DNA of 37,723 nucleotides from Octopus bimaculoides (GCF_001194135.2 NC_068982.1:146582379-146620101), one strand, 5' to 3'; numbered from the stretch's first letter, positions 1-13,278 are shown. Translations and numbers: made by a program. The notes: generated by a model from the letters alone, not told the origin.

Positions 1-34
<34 letters not shown>
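1..34. repeat. (TA)n microsatellite
   Basis: Direct read of the TA dinucleotide run. Confidence 0.95.
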
Positions 35-35
<1 letters not shown>

Positions 36-1237
36 GAACATATAAAATGTTTTTGTGTTAAGTAATTCATGTTATTTGCTTCGTCAATGTTTTACAGATA
101 GTCTTCCGCTGTAATGTAGAATTCTTAACTCTTTTGCTTTAGTCTTTTCTTCTTTTACTTATTTCATTGGTTGAACTGCAGCCATATTTAATTCTTGTTT
201 GATGCTATGTTATCATCTCTTCAGTGCACATGTTCAGTTCGTTTACTTTTGTGCGAGTGCATTCTTCAGTTTTTCTTATCTCTGATTTCTTATCGTCATA
301 GAACAAATACTGGCAGCCAACAATATATTCTTTGTGAAATCGAATGATTTTCTATTGTTTAAGTAGAGTCAATCTTTGTATTTAATTTTATTTCTTTTCT
401 ATTTAAGGTTATTTTGCTTGTAATGTTTCAGTTACCTCGAACAGCTACAATGCAGACTTTTGTCATGTTTAGAGATTTCCTTTTCTTTGTGTTTTTATTT
501 GATGATTTATTTTTGAGAAGGTGCAAATTTTCTGTGACAATGCAAAACAGGCTAGGATTAGAAAAAGAGCAGTTCAACTTATACATATAATGTTAACATC
601 TTGATGAACAATATTGGCATTGGCATTTCTATAGATGTTCATTTTACAACATACTTTTCAGCGAAATATGTTATTACGTGAAAATGATTAAGAAATATTA
701 TATGGAACGATATATACAACTGTTTATAAATGTTGTTGTCAGAATCTTTCCAGACGATGTAATCTCATGATGTTTTTACACGTAAACTCAAGAAGAGTTA
801 CACGGAAAATTTATTTGAATATTGTCTTTTCAGACAAGAACAATAAATTTAAATATTTAAATATTTTATGGCACAAACATTCCTAAGAGCATCGAACACA
901 ATGCATCACAAGTCTTGTCTTTCTGTCCTCTGATTTCAAATCAAGGTTGAATTAAGCAGTCTCCTATTCAGGTAACTGTTAAATTATCTGTAACGTCAGT
1001 AACTGCTTCTCTCTTATTGATCTCCTTCTCTCTCCCCCTCTTTGTCTCATACACAGATAAATATTAACAGAGTGTGCGTATATATATATATATATATATA
1101 TATATAAGAAGGGTGGGTTCGCAATTTTCCAACCAAAAGGCAGAAATATATACGTCACTAAAGTAACTGAGGACACTAGTCTGCATCGGTATCCTGGTGC
1201 TGACGAGTGCCTTCAATCACTTTAGTGGCATGTGTCT

Positions 1238-1273
1238 ATGTATGTATGTATGTATGTATGTATGTATCTATCT

Positions 1274-1310
<37 letters not shown>
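1238..1310. repeat. Compound (TATG)n/(TCTA)/(CT)n microsatellite running into an assembly gap
   Basis: Direct read. Confidence 0.95.
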
Positions 1311-1596
1311 NNNNNNNNNNNNNNNNNNNNNNNNNNNNNNNNNNNNNNNNNNNNNNNNNNNNNNNNNNNNNNNNNNNNNNNNNNNNNNNNNNNNNNNNNN
1401 NNNNNNNNNNNNNNNNNNNNNNNNNNNNNNNNNNNNNNNNNNNNNNNNNNNNNNNNNNNNNNNNNNNNNNNNNNNNNNNNNNNNNNNNNNNNNNNNNNNN
1501 NNNNNNNNNNNNNNNNNNNNNNNNNNNNNNNNNNNNNNNNNNNNNNNNNNNNNNNNNNNNNNNNNNNNNNNNNNNNNNNNNNNNNNNNNNNNNNNN
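1311..1596. other. Assembly gap (N-run)
   Basis: 286 N, flanked by a (CT)n run. Confidence 1.
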
Positions 1597-2555
1597 ACAA
1601 ATTTACTTTTCAATTTAGTCTATTATCTGTAAGGTATTTGAGCCAACTTAAGACCAACATTCGAACCTCCTTTGAAAAATTCAGATGTGCCCTATTGAAC
1701 CCACTGCTTCACAATCTTCTCTAAACCTTTTGATTATCTCAACGCATCACTCACTCCTCACGTCACAGCCAGATTCCAGAAAGCCAGGAGAACCACGCTT
1801 CTGTCAGCTCCAAAATAGTAGCTATGATTTTCTGTGCCGATCGCTGACTCTTGAACTTCTTAGTCCTTGGAGAAGTGGTGTGACATCATTCCATGGACTG
1901 ACCTTCGTGGTCGATATCTTAATTGCACGGTCATATTTCATCCACGGTCCCAAATCGAAAAAAAAAGCGTGTTCAATAACCTCAAGCAGTTTTAGCAATT
2001 CAATGTAGACTTCTGTCCTTCTTCAAATCTAATGCCAACTGTTGTCTTACTCTCTTTATGCAAACTTTCCGATACCCAGTCTTCAACCTGCCTATAATGC
2101 ATTGTGACGACAGTCCGGGTTAAACGGCAAGCTTATGTGTTGTGACTCGTCTGTTCTCACACTCAGTTCATTCATCAGTTGACGATTCGTGTCAATGGGC
2201 GCCGTTGATGGCCTCCCACTGCGTGGTTTTTCTTCAGTGTTGGTTGCCCCTTCATTAATCTCTCCCATTCACTTTTGCACATTGCTCTTGTAAATTGTCT
2301 TCTCCACAAACAACTAGTTTAGTCTAACGTACAACCAGTAGTAATATGTGCATGTCGGACAGCCTGCACCTGCCCTTCTTCAAGAACTTATTGGTAACTC
2401 TTTCTTTTGCTTGAAATATTGATTTTTCAGCTTTGAAGAACAGAAAGACTGTAAATATAGAGGAAGATATCCTCTGCTAATCCGCAGTTTAAACGGCGTT
2501 TATCAGTTCAGAATGTTAAGCCAACTTTTACATTACTTTCTGTCAAACACCCTTA
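1597..2555 (-). mobile_element. Decayed, internally deleted mariner-family DNA transposon
   Basis: Minus strand has a mariner-like left terminus TAAGGGTGTTTGACAGAAAGTAATG (~2531-2555) and the HTH-linker motif PRSGRPST (2204-2226). A degraded catalytic N-half follows (GFLESG-like), then a jump to a C-terminal VKQW..SEFFKGG / MLVLSWLKY segment resembling mariner ends. Many stops and frameshifts; the second and third catalytic Asp region is missing. Confidence 0.75.
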
Positions 2556-3836
2556 AGAAGGTTCTACTACATTATTGTATTAAAAAACCCCATTAATTTA
2601 CATAATATACTATTTGTAAATATGTATGAATTGATCTTACAGACAGATTTCCGAGAGATTAAAATGTCTGATTTGATTATTTATGCATGAAGCGAGCATG
2701 GTTTAGCCAGTTTCAATGTTGAACAATGTTTTTTTAACGAAAAACATGTTTAGCAAAAAACAATCCTTTCTTATACAGTCTTTTAGGTATTGTTAAAAGG
2801 AATCTCACTTTAAGTCATTTTAATTAGACCTGTCGAAACAACAGCTGCTGCATGGAAATCTGTTTAATAATTTTCTCCGTATTTGATTTCTTCTTCTTTT
2901 CCTGTTTTTCATAAAGAACAATATAAAGACTACTTTCAAGTAGTTTGAAGTGGTTAGGAAACTGGTGATGACAGTTTGCTGCTGTCTTTTTCAATAAACG
3001 GAATGATTAGAAATAAATGGATTTTTATAGATATTCAGTTTATTGTACAACAAAAAATAATTTCTGCATCAATAATGATTTCTTTAAAGAACTAAATATT
3101 TTAATTAATATATAATACAGTATGAGAACGCATTCATCTGTTTTCGATCCTCTTCTTAGGTATATGGTCTAGGTGATACAAACAATCCTTTAACCCATTA
3201 ACTTCCATAACATATGTAGGAAAATATGTGAATATCACATTAATTTTCTGTAAAATACAAAGCACGATTTTTCTATGCGTGTATAGCAGTAGTTTTCATA
3301 TTCACCATACATTGATTTCTGTCCATTCAATTACTATAAGTTTACACAGAAAGATAAGTACAAAGGATTAATGGCTACTAATCAAATTAAGTGATACTGA
3401 ATATGCAGCCTATAACTTACGATGTTAACAACATACATGTTTCCACGAGTTCAGTGGTTGGCGTTCCCTCCCACACGCGGGCAATTATTTCTCGTTACAG
3501 TTTGAGCTCCCAGAGCACCCTGTTAAGGATAGACAATTATTTCATCATCCAGTGGATGATTGATTACCCCTTTTTTTTTTTTAATTATCACTTGAATATA
3601 TAACCAGTGAGCAAATTCTCAGATTTTCAGTTAGTTTTGGAAAGGAAAGCACATACGCTACTGAATTTTAACAGCACACATTATAACATTTTAGGATTAC
3701 TGTATTTATATCACCGTACACACACAGACATTTATACATATATAAATGTTTACGTTCGTTTCTATGATGTTTGTTGATCCGCCTTATCAGTTTCCGTGAC
3801 ATTCCTTTCTGCCACCATTTTCATAAATATATATAT

Positions 3837-3880
3837 GACGGTGGGGGAGACAACAAATACACAAATATATATACATACAT

Positions 3881-3930
<50 letters not shown>

Positions 3931-4032
3931 GACAAGCTTCTTTCAGATTCCGTCTACCAAATCCACTCACAAGGTGCCACGGGACTATGTGGTTAGGAAG
4001 CAAGTTCCTTAACACACAGCTACGCCAACGTC
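3837..4032 (-). mobile_element. SINE family A, partial copy (head plus internal microsatellite)
   Basis: Matches the other family-A copies (TTCTTTCAGATTCCGTCTACCAAATCCACTCACAAGG...AAGCAAG...CACACAGC), with deletions. Confidence 0.8.
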
Positions 4033-4036
4033 TATG

Positions 4037-4040
<4 letters not shown>

Positions 4041-4115
<75 letters not shown>
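4041..4115. repeat. (TA)n microsatellite
   Basis: Direct read. Confidence 0.95.
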
Positions 4116-4119
<4 letters not shown>

Positions 4120-4343
4120 TTATATCATATGAGTTTATGGTTTGTATTAATGTATAGTTATTTATAAAAACTGTCAAATATAAGTTGAAGAATCTTCAAT
4201 ACATTTGAGCGTCACAGTTATTATTACAATAACGATGACAGTGATTTCAGAGTACCACCTGTTGTGGCTTCGTAAGATAGAATGGCGGAGAGATACTCTA
4301 GCCATCTAAAGACATAGGAAATTTGTTATATTCAGTTTACACA

Positions 4344-4711
4344 TTTACTCTTTTATTTGTTTCAGTATTTTGACGATGGCCATGCTGGAGCACCGCCTTT
4401 AGTCGAGCAAATCGACCCCAGGACTTATTCTTAGTAAGCCTAGTACTTATGTTATCTTGCCGAACCGCTAAGTTACGGGATCGTAAACACACCAGCATCG
4501 GTGTCAAGCGATGATGAAGGGACAAATACAAACACACAAATATATATATATATAAATATGCGACGGGCTTCTTTCAGTTTCTATCTGCCAAATCCACTCA
4601 CAAGGCTTTTGTCGGCCCGAGGCTATAGTAGAAGACACTTGCCTAAGGTGCCACGCAGTGGAACTGAACTCGGAATCATGTGGTTGGTAGGCAAGCTACT
4701 CACCGCACAGC
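4344..4711 (-). mobile_element. SINE family A (tRNA-derived head), near full length
   Basis: Colinear with copies at 18983, 21499 and 36322. The minus strand starts with a tRNA-like head carrying pol III A/B-box-like motifs, has an internal (CA)/(TA) tract and ends in a GTAAAAGAG-type tail. Confidence 0.9.
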
Positions 4712-6233
4712 ATATATATTTTCAAGACTTTTGAAAATGTTCTTTCCACATCTGCAACGGTATTACTCATTAGATACAGGCGTATTTTTATTGGCGTCAT
4801 TCTCTCTATTTCATTTATTCATTTATTTATTGTGCGTGGAACCTTATGCTGCAGGTACTTGTTATGTGAATGTTGCTTGATATTTTGAAATTAGTAGTCT
4901 CATGTGTGAAGGTAACACACTGTTGTAGTTTTCACATGAGCTTTTCCGAGTGTTAATAATTAAAGAGACGGGACAGCCATTAGATAGCGACCCTTTCTAT
5001 GGTAATTCTTCCTTTCCTATCCAAATAATTTTTATATGCTTGTATTAAATTTTCGTGCATGTCTTCATACTTCTAGTTAGCCATATGTTCTGAGCAACAT
5101 AAAGCTTTTCTTTCATAACTTCCCTGTTATTGTAGTGACTGAAAAAGATTGGTAATATGTATCACATATGATTCATGGACGACAGGAAATTATGTCCTGT
5201 GTATTATATGTGGTATATGAGGCAGGCAAAATGTTAAGGATGTGCAATTGTCAGAAAACGTACCCAATTATAATGAGGCCTATCACTTAAAGTGATTATC
5301 AGGGTTCTAAGTGCGTGCTGCTAATGATTAAGGGACGCGTAAGGTAGCGTTTGCGCTTATTTGCTGTTAAAACAGACATGATTGGCATATAGTCATTGGA
5401 AGATGTATACACACATGGATTACAAAACTCATCTAATGCCATTGGATATATATGTGAGTGTGTGTTCGAGTGTTTATATGTGTGTGTACACATATATTTC
5501 TTATGTAAACCTACATGTATATATTTTACATCCCATTATATTTCGAACGTTGGTCTTACATAGTCATTTCTCATTTCTTACACGCGTATCCTAACTAAGC
5601 ATTCCGCTACAATTACGCAGCAGAAGAAAGCAGATTTTATTGAATACATGCTACAGCTTATTCTTCGGCATTCCATAGTTTGCAGCGTACGCAAGATCCA
5701 CTCATATAATCCGCATTTCTTTATAACGAAAGCGATTTATCAAAAGTAACATTTATATAAATCAAACTACATTCTGTGATACAAGCCGTTTGATCGAAAG
5801 CTGATAATATATCCTTAAACTATATTTTCTATAAATCCATAATTTAGAAACAAGCGGTGTACTTTTGTACAAGAGCAGCTTGAATTAATGTTGTATATAA
5901 ATAATAATAATAATATACAAACTGGAAGTCAGAAATTTTCGTTTAAAATTGCTGGTATAGGAGTTCAGCTCTAAATATAATTATAACCAAAAATAAAACA
6001 TATTCCAAAAAATGGTTACAATTCAACAATGTACGGAAAGTTGATAGACCATGACTATCAATCACGAGAAACATTGCTTATACAATCCTTCATGACATGC
6101 TTAAATAAATCACAGGAAATCAACATAGTGGTAAAAATAGTTGTAACTTAATAGAAAAGAGAAATGAAAAAACCAATTCTTTTCTCAAAATTAAAATAAA
6201 TTCCACATGTGAAACTAATTGACTACATATATA

Positions 6234-6234
<1 letters not shown>

Positions 6235-6274
<40 letters not shown>

Positions 6275-6308
6275 ATGTGTGTGTGTGTGTGTGTGTGCGC
6301 GTGTGTGC
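6235..6308. repeat. (GT)n microsatellite
   Basis: Direct read. Confidence 0.95.
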
Positions 6309-6440
6309 ATATATGCTTATATATATATATGTAAAATATAAAGGCAGTGGCATATTAGTTTTTTGTAGGTGTTTACAAGGAAAATTAAATCAAATCAATT
6401 ATTTAAAAAATTGATAAGTTATCATCTATGTGGATATCTT

Positions 6441-6720
6441 TCTTTTATACTTTTTACTTGTTTCAGTCATTTGACTGTGGCCATGCTGGGGCATCATCTT
6501 GATGAATTTTTAGTCGAATGAATCAACCTCAGACCTCATTTTTTAAAGCCTGGTACATATTCTATCGGGTTATTTTGCCGAACGGCAACCCAACAGTGGG
6601 TGACAAGCGATGAAAAGGGACAAACGCAGACACAAAGACACAAACACCCAAAGCTTTGGTCGACCCGGGGCTACAATGGAAGATACTTGCCCAAGGTGCC
6701 GCACAGCCTCACCTGCGTCT
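6441..6720 (-). mobile_element. SINE family A, diverged and internally deleted copy
   Basis: TTACTTGTTTCAGTCATTTGACTGTGGCCATGCTGG at one end; GCTTTGGTCGACCCGGGGCTA...CTTGCCCAAGGTGCC at the other. Confidence 0.85.
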
Positions 6721-6837
6721 GTACACATACGCGCGCGCGCACACAGACACAGACACACAGACACTACTGTTTGACGAAAATGTTTCCGAGAGTAGAATAA
6801 TATTTTCGAGTTCTTGAGTGGTATTGTATATATATAT

Positions 6838-6958
6838 ATCAACCCCGAAGAAGTAAAAGGTGAAGTTGATCATCGCAGATTTGAACAGAGAAATGGAGTC
6901 AATACTGTAACACATAATGTATTATTCTCTAACGACTCTTCTAGTTAACCGCCTTACC
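6838..6958 (-). mobile_element. SINE family B, degraded 5' half
   Basis: ATCAACCCCGAAG..AAAAGGTGAAGTTGA..GATTTGAAC..CTAACGACTCT..AG..CCGCCTTA parallels the minus-strand family-B copies at 33320-33762. Confidence 0.6.
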
Positions 6959-8139
6959 AACAGATATGCTACATGCATTTCGCTTGAAAAAGCATATATT
7001 TCGATACTTATTGCGGAGAGAAATGCAGTGGTCATGTGATGTAAATTGAAAGTGATAGTTCCGTTTTCATTATATGTTTTTATATACTTTTTATTACAGA
7101 CTAGCAGCTGTTTACTGTTTCCGAAGCTACGTGATATTATTACTGAACGTCTTTAAAATGTAATCCATTTAACAATTGCATCACTTCAAGTGTACAGAAA
7201 TTTGATAAAATTGTCAAATAAAATAGATTGCATGTTTCCTTTTCTAGTGTAATTGTGAATTGTTTAAGTTACTAATATTTGTAAACAAAGAAAATTAAAT
7301 TTATAAGAAAATTTGCTTTAGATACTGTTTGAAGATTGTTAAATACTGTTTGAAGAGTGGTAAGTCATCAAGTGAAAATTTCAGAAATATTTTGTCGGGA
7401 TTCAGTTCATAAAACACACACAAAAATCATATTTAGTTTCAGACTAAATTAATTAGAAACTAAAATGTTGCTTGTACTGAGAAAAAAGTATTTTTAAAGA
7501 CGAGTTTATTATTATATATTATTGATTAATAGTAGAGTAATTTTCGTCGGGTGCAGAAGTAGTCAGTTGATTCGCTGTGCGTTCTCTACTGATATTACTT
7601 TACAATGATATTGACCTGAAAAGCAAAGTAGATCTCAATGAGATATGGACTTGCTACGGGGAGGGACGAATCTAAATACTATAATTCAATTAAACTCCAT
7701 TATCACTGCCATTTTAATGTTGTTCCTCTCGGCGTAGACTTTCATTACATCAATAAATTCGTACGCGCACACACACACATACCCTGGTTTAATTAATATT
7801 TTCCAGAAGTGCCGCTGAAAGGTCACCCCAGCAGCTCTGGGGGACAGATGATGTCCTTCAACTCTGCAGCTGCTCATTTAAGAGAAGGCAGAAAACTTCT
7901 GTAGCCGTTAACTACTGAATCGTGGTATTTTGCACCAGATCAATGCAACTTTGAAGGACGGCAGAGTGGGACTGATCCTGCACAAACCATCCTCACTAAA
8001 ATAATATTCATCATGCAGGTTATTCAGTAAACCAAGATGCCAGTACCAACGCCATCACGCTTTCTTAATATTGAACTAAGAACACTTTTCAGCAATGTTT
8101 TATTGAACTTTCATTCGTCGAAACGACAAAAGAGTCAAC

Positions 8140-8156
8140 TACATACATACATACAT

Positions 8157-8191
<35 letters not shown>

Positions 8192-8241
8192 TACGTACGT
8201 ACATACGTGCGGATAGATAGATAGATAGGTAGATAGATACT

Positions 8242-8294
<53 letters not shown>
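8140..8294. repeat. Compound (TACA)n(CA)n(TAGA)n microsatellite
   Basis: Direct read. Confidence 0.95.
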
Positions 8295-8297
<3 letters not shown>

Positions 8298-9064
8298 CTT
8301 TAATGCATTTTGCCTGAAATAGCCATGAAATGGAAAGATATCTAGAATTTTTTTTTTAATTTAAAAGATGTTTCTATATAGTTCAAAATGAAGATGCCTA
8401 ACTGAACACAAAACTGGTACTGAAATGAAAACTTATTAGGAACAGTGAACGCTTAGCAGGCATGAACGAAAGTGGATCTGATTTGCAAGAACAAACGGAA
8501 AGAGAAATCATAGCAGGTATATTAATATAGGTGTATATCCTTTAAGAAGAGGGGAAAATAGGCGAAAAATTATTATTGCAAAAGATATGATAAATGAACT
8601 CTCATTATCGCATCTAGGCTATTATATGTGACAGCTCAACTCATTCAAACAGGGGTTGTGGTTTTGAAGACAATTAGCAAGGCATACATATATATATATA
8701 GAACTCAGTGGAACATATAACCTGATAAAAGTATATACAAAACAAGGTAAGATACATTGAAATATAAATAACACAAATTGGTCCTCTCAGAAATTTATGT
8801 TTTACGAGTCAGACAGCCGTTCAGATAAAAAATATTGATATTATACAGGCAGCCACAAAGCGGAAGAGTTAAAGAATAACGGATTGTAAAATACAGCTTG
8901 TCATAAGAGAAAGAAACAACTAGATTTATTACACAATACTATTAGATATATTTGAGAGAAACCTATTATAGAATAATTATCGTAAAACATCTACAGAAAA
9001 ACATTGTATTTAATTATGTTTGTTCAGTATATACACTGGAGATTTTGTCATATGCACATAGTTG

Positions 9065-9066
<2 letters not shown>

Positions 9067-9120
<54 letters not shown>
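9067..9120. repeat. (TATG)n microsatellite
   Basis: Direct read. Confidence 0.95.
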
Positions 9121-9121
<1 letters not shown>

Positions 9122-10316
9122 TATATCAGTGAAATCTATGTCTCTGTCTTGGTTATAATTCTGAGATATAACATGAGTTATTGGTTTTAGTATAGATTTT
9201 TAAATACACACCGTTTAATTGAAATAGAGTACGTTGTGAAAATCATGATTCTACTAAAATTACATAAGTCTTCTATTTGTTCTCGAATATTTACGATGTT
9301 TCCTGAAGAATGAATGTTAACCAGTTCGTTGTGATTCTTCAAGATATACCTGTTACAGATTTTATGCATTATTATGAAGGAAACTATTTGCGCTTGAACC
9401 TCTAAACCATCAAACGACACACCGATTTCAAGTTACTTATTTCGGTATCGCATTACGTTATATTGTCTCTTTTCGTTGCTTACTCTAGATTCTGGCAAAT
9501 GGGTTAATTATAATTATTTTTTCAAAAAGAAGTTTATAGTGTGGCACTATATACATAAAATGAATTCACTACATTGTGAGCGTGGCCCAGCCACTTCATG
9601 TCCTCTACCATTGCAACTCTTTGTTGTCTGATTAGCAGTGCGCCTAAAAGAGAAATTTTATTAGCCTCAAATTTCTCTTTAATAGTCATGTGAGTACGAA
9701 TATTGACTTACAAGTGATTTGAATAATCAGTCTTCAATAATCGAACTGCTAGATTCAGAATAGCTCTAATAAAAATTATCGATTTATCTATAACGTTGAA
9801 TGCAGATTACTATTTCACTAAATTATTGCTCATTTTATTATTTATTAGATTTCGTATTCGTATTTTTCCAAATAGTTCTATTACTTCAATATACTTTAAA
9901 ATGACTTTTTTAGTTAATGTTTTCAGTATTTTTCTACTGGGCATATATTGCTTCTTCAGACTCCATTGTAGTAACACGCTTTAATTTATATTAATCTATT
10001 TCGATTATTTTTACCCCTGTAGTGATATTTACGGTAAAAATGTTTTGTTAAATGATGGAATATTAAAAGGCAGCAAATCAATTTCCTAATATCTTTGAAA
10101 AATGCATTATTGTAAAATAAGGAAAAGAAGGTCTTGACTCCTATTTCCGCTGATATATAATTTTTAACTGATATAATGTACCACAAGAAAAGATACTGGC
10201 CATCATGAGAGCAGCTTGGTGTTCATGCTGCCTGCTAGAAACGGCACGCAAATTTCGCACTGCACAACCACTACCGGCTTAATTCATGAAAGATTACATT
10301 CGAAAGAATAGTTCGG

Positions 10317-10503
10317 GAGGTGCAGGCTCAGCTGTGTGATAAGAAGCTTGGTTCCCACCCACATGTTTCAGGATCCAGTCTCACTGTGTGGCACCTTACA
10401 CATGTATCTTCTACAATATCCTCAGGCCTACCAAACTTTTATGAGTGAATTTGCAAGACAGAAATTGAAAATAGGTCCGTTGTATATATGTATCTGTGTG
10501 TTC

Positions 10504-10537
<34 letters not shown>

Positions 10538-10692
10538 GTGTCAGTGTGTTTGTGTTTGTGTTTGTCTCCCACCACCGCTTGACAACTGGTGCTGGTTTCT
10601 TTACGTCCTCGTAACAGCGGTTCGGCAAAAGAGACGATAGAATACGTACCGGGCCTTAAAAAATAAATCCGTGGGTTAACTTGTTCGAATAA
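10317..10692 (+). mobile_element. SINE family A, older plus-strand copy, 3'-truncated
   Basis: Reverse-complement match to the minus copies: GCTGTGTGATAAG head, CTGTGTGGCACC, internal (GT)n, GCGGTTCGGCAAAAGAGAC. Confidence 0.85.
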
Positions 10693-11799
10693 ACTCTCCC
10701 TAACACAAAAATAAAAGAAAATTTAGAATATACCTCAAACAAAATAAATTACTTTGGCCGGAATTCTTTTCATTAAGCATCTGTTTGAACAGTGTTCAAC
10801 TCAGAATAAATAATAGCACTCATCTTTGTTCGATGTCTATTTTGAATCTAATTATTGTTTCATAACGATAGCAAGGCGTATGTGTAATACTACTTCTTAA
10901 CGAAACATCGTTAATTAAAAAGCTAACAAGCATTTGTAATCAATCTGGATATTATAATTGATAAAGTATAGGTGCAAATAAAAACTAGTTTTTACAAAGT
11001 GATATGTTCCAATTTTACTTCAAATGTCCACAAGACATATAAATAGCTTATTGCATGCAAGCCAGCAATTAAACGTCCTCTCGTCAGCTAAGGCAGAAAT
11101 TATTGCCTGATGTATCAAGTCTCAACAATAGCTCTAATTTATCATGAAACTCTATTCCCATAGATTAGTAATGGGAATATACGTTGCATACAATCAATCT
11201 AAAGGAAATTTTATGACACTCGACAATGCCTGTGGAGAACGTTTTTCCCTAAAACAATAGTTTATATAAGTTATAGTTGGTTACCTGCTGCTATGTAAAT
11301 CACATATGGTTGTCTTGTGCGCTATAAATTGCTTAGATAATTTTTTTTTTCCACACATCACTGATTTATGACAGTTATTATTTTCCCTTACAACTGCAGA
11401 GGAATGGAGTAAAGGGTAGAAAACTTGACTAAACTCCTTGCGAAATTGCTGTATGTCCCATTGGTGTCACTATTGACTTACAGCGATCCACTTTCAATTT
11501 CGATAAGCTGCGTTGCTGTCGAGTGTTGGGTTCCTTTATAATAACTACGCAGCTCTTAAATTGTGCCTAACTTAGTAAACATTATTTTTTCTATACATTA
11601 CTTTTCTTGATCTTTACTTTCGATGAACATGAAGTTAATTTATTAATAGACTGAAGCAAGGGAATTAAGCTTTAAACACCTTTCGCTTTTATATAAATTT
11701 ATGAATTTTACTTCCTTCTTGTATGTCCCAAAACTTCGATTTACTTTGTAATTCAACAATTGCTGTTTTAAAGGACGTCTGATATCTTTTTATTTGAAT

Positions 11800-12720
11800 T
11801 CATTGCTGTTTCCTCTTCTTTCCTCAATGCGTGCACATGTTCCTGCCAGACATCAAAAACAGTGTTCGATGGTGCTTATTGAGAGTTTCTGTGGAGCATA
11901 ACAGACACCTACTAGGTTCCAGAGCGATACATTTCAATTTCTAGATGTGCTAACCTTGACTATAGTTGTTGTGCGAAGACAGAAAATGGAAAAACCAGAT
12001 ATTTTGATATCATCGACGGGGTCTGCTTTGATAGTATCTTCTCCGAGGATTTTAACACAAAAAGCAAAGAATAGCAATGACTACAGCATCGAAGGTAATT
12101 ACCAGAAACGTTTGGATGTAAAGAAGAGAAAGGGCATAGTGATCTGTCATGGAGAAAAAAACACTACTTTAATGTTTGAAAGCTACATTGTCGAGGCCAT
12201 GGACTGATTCCCATAATTTTGGCAGTGATCGAATGCGGTGGTAGAAACGGTAACACTTGAACGTCAACAGAAATATTTCTGCGTATGTACAAAATCTGTT
12301 CAGTGAATATGCAAGCCTGCCACATCAGTGTCTGTTTCTACGATGTTATATGCAAGGAAAACCGAGAAATTAAAGCAAAAAAATCGCTAGGTTTCAATGT
12401 TTTCACGAAATATACTTCAGGAAAATCCTGATTATATTAAAAACGAAGTTGTTTAAAAATCTGTGTCGCAACAACACCAAGACACCTCAAAACAATAAAG
12501 AATGATACTGGCTGGTGAAGTTCTGCAGCAGTCATATGCAGACAGAGCATGAATAAGAGAAAGGAGAAGTAGAGGAAAAACGTGACCACATGGAGTCGAA
12601 CATATCAAGTGAAACTGAATGCTGTCAGTGGTCACTGGAAAATATATCAGAAAAAGTGACCAATGGAGTACACTTGAAGAGAAAGCCCACATGTGCATGG
12701 GTTGAATGGACTAAAAGTTT
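11800..12720 (+). mobile_element. Heavily decayed RTE-like LINE, RT C-terminal half
   Basis: Frame-broken motifs in the expected order: FQSDT (QGDT-like), QAC.ISV..Y, RFQCFHEIYFRKILII (12389-12436; cf. KLQxFxxxCLRxIL) and RKNVTTWSRT (cf. GRPxTTWxRT). Recognised from memory of RTE RT sequences. Confidence 0.55.
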
Positions 12721-13183
12721 CGCAGCTGACATGTTTGTATTATTTTTTTAAATAGTTGAACGTGAATTAAAGTGCCATATTATCAATCATACTGATCTAA
12801 AATATATTCAATACGCGGACAACACTTTGCGGGTTCTTATTAAACATTCAATCAGAAATTAAATCAATAATCGAAAGTCCTAAACACTAATTTAATCAAA
12901 TTAGGTTTCTGCATACTGAGGATGTTAACTTGTCTGAGACTTCTGTTCTTTTCATTTCTAAAAATTGATTTATTTTGAAAGCATTGAATAGTTTGTGCAA
13001 TTAGTGTTCCACTATAGAGATATTGTAGAAACTATAACTGAAGTGACAAAAAACTTTTAATTAATATCGTGAACCATCGAAATTCAGTTTTATCAGAAAT
13101 GGTTTATAAACTTTAATTCGAATAATGCGGAATTAAAAGCATCTTGCCATAATGACTGAAATCCATTAATACAGACAAATGTT

Positions 13184-13252
13184 ATAAAATGATATTACTA
13201 CTTTGTTACTGTTACTTGATAAAATGATATTACTACTTGCTACTCTTACCAG
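13184..13252. repeat. Two-copy ~35-bp imperfect tandem duplication
   Basis: ATAAAATGATATTACTACTT starts both units (13184 and 13219). Confidence 0.85.
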
Positions 13253-13278
13253 ATCTAAAGCTAGCCTAGTAAGAATGG

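Noticed and set aside
100-640. Minus-strand, Lys/Glu-rich coding-like remnant (ENHSISQRIY...) vaguely like hAT-related C-termini
   Set aside because: Too many stops and no firm motif; cannot be assigned without a profile search.
8380-8960. Possible LINE endonuclease remnant or small exons (MNESGSDLQEQTEREIIAG; AAG|GTAAGA at 8747)
   Set aside because: Fragments are short, in different frames and without a recognisable motif chain.
9647-9680. 12-bp perfect inverted repeat AAAGAGAAATTT/AAATTTCTCTTT
   Set aside because: Low-complexity and AT-rich; expected by chance in 37 kb.
11947-12207. 86-aa ORF as a host gene
   Set aside because: Lies within the decayed RTE-like RT remnant.
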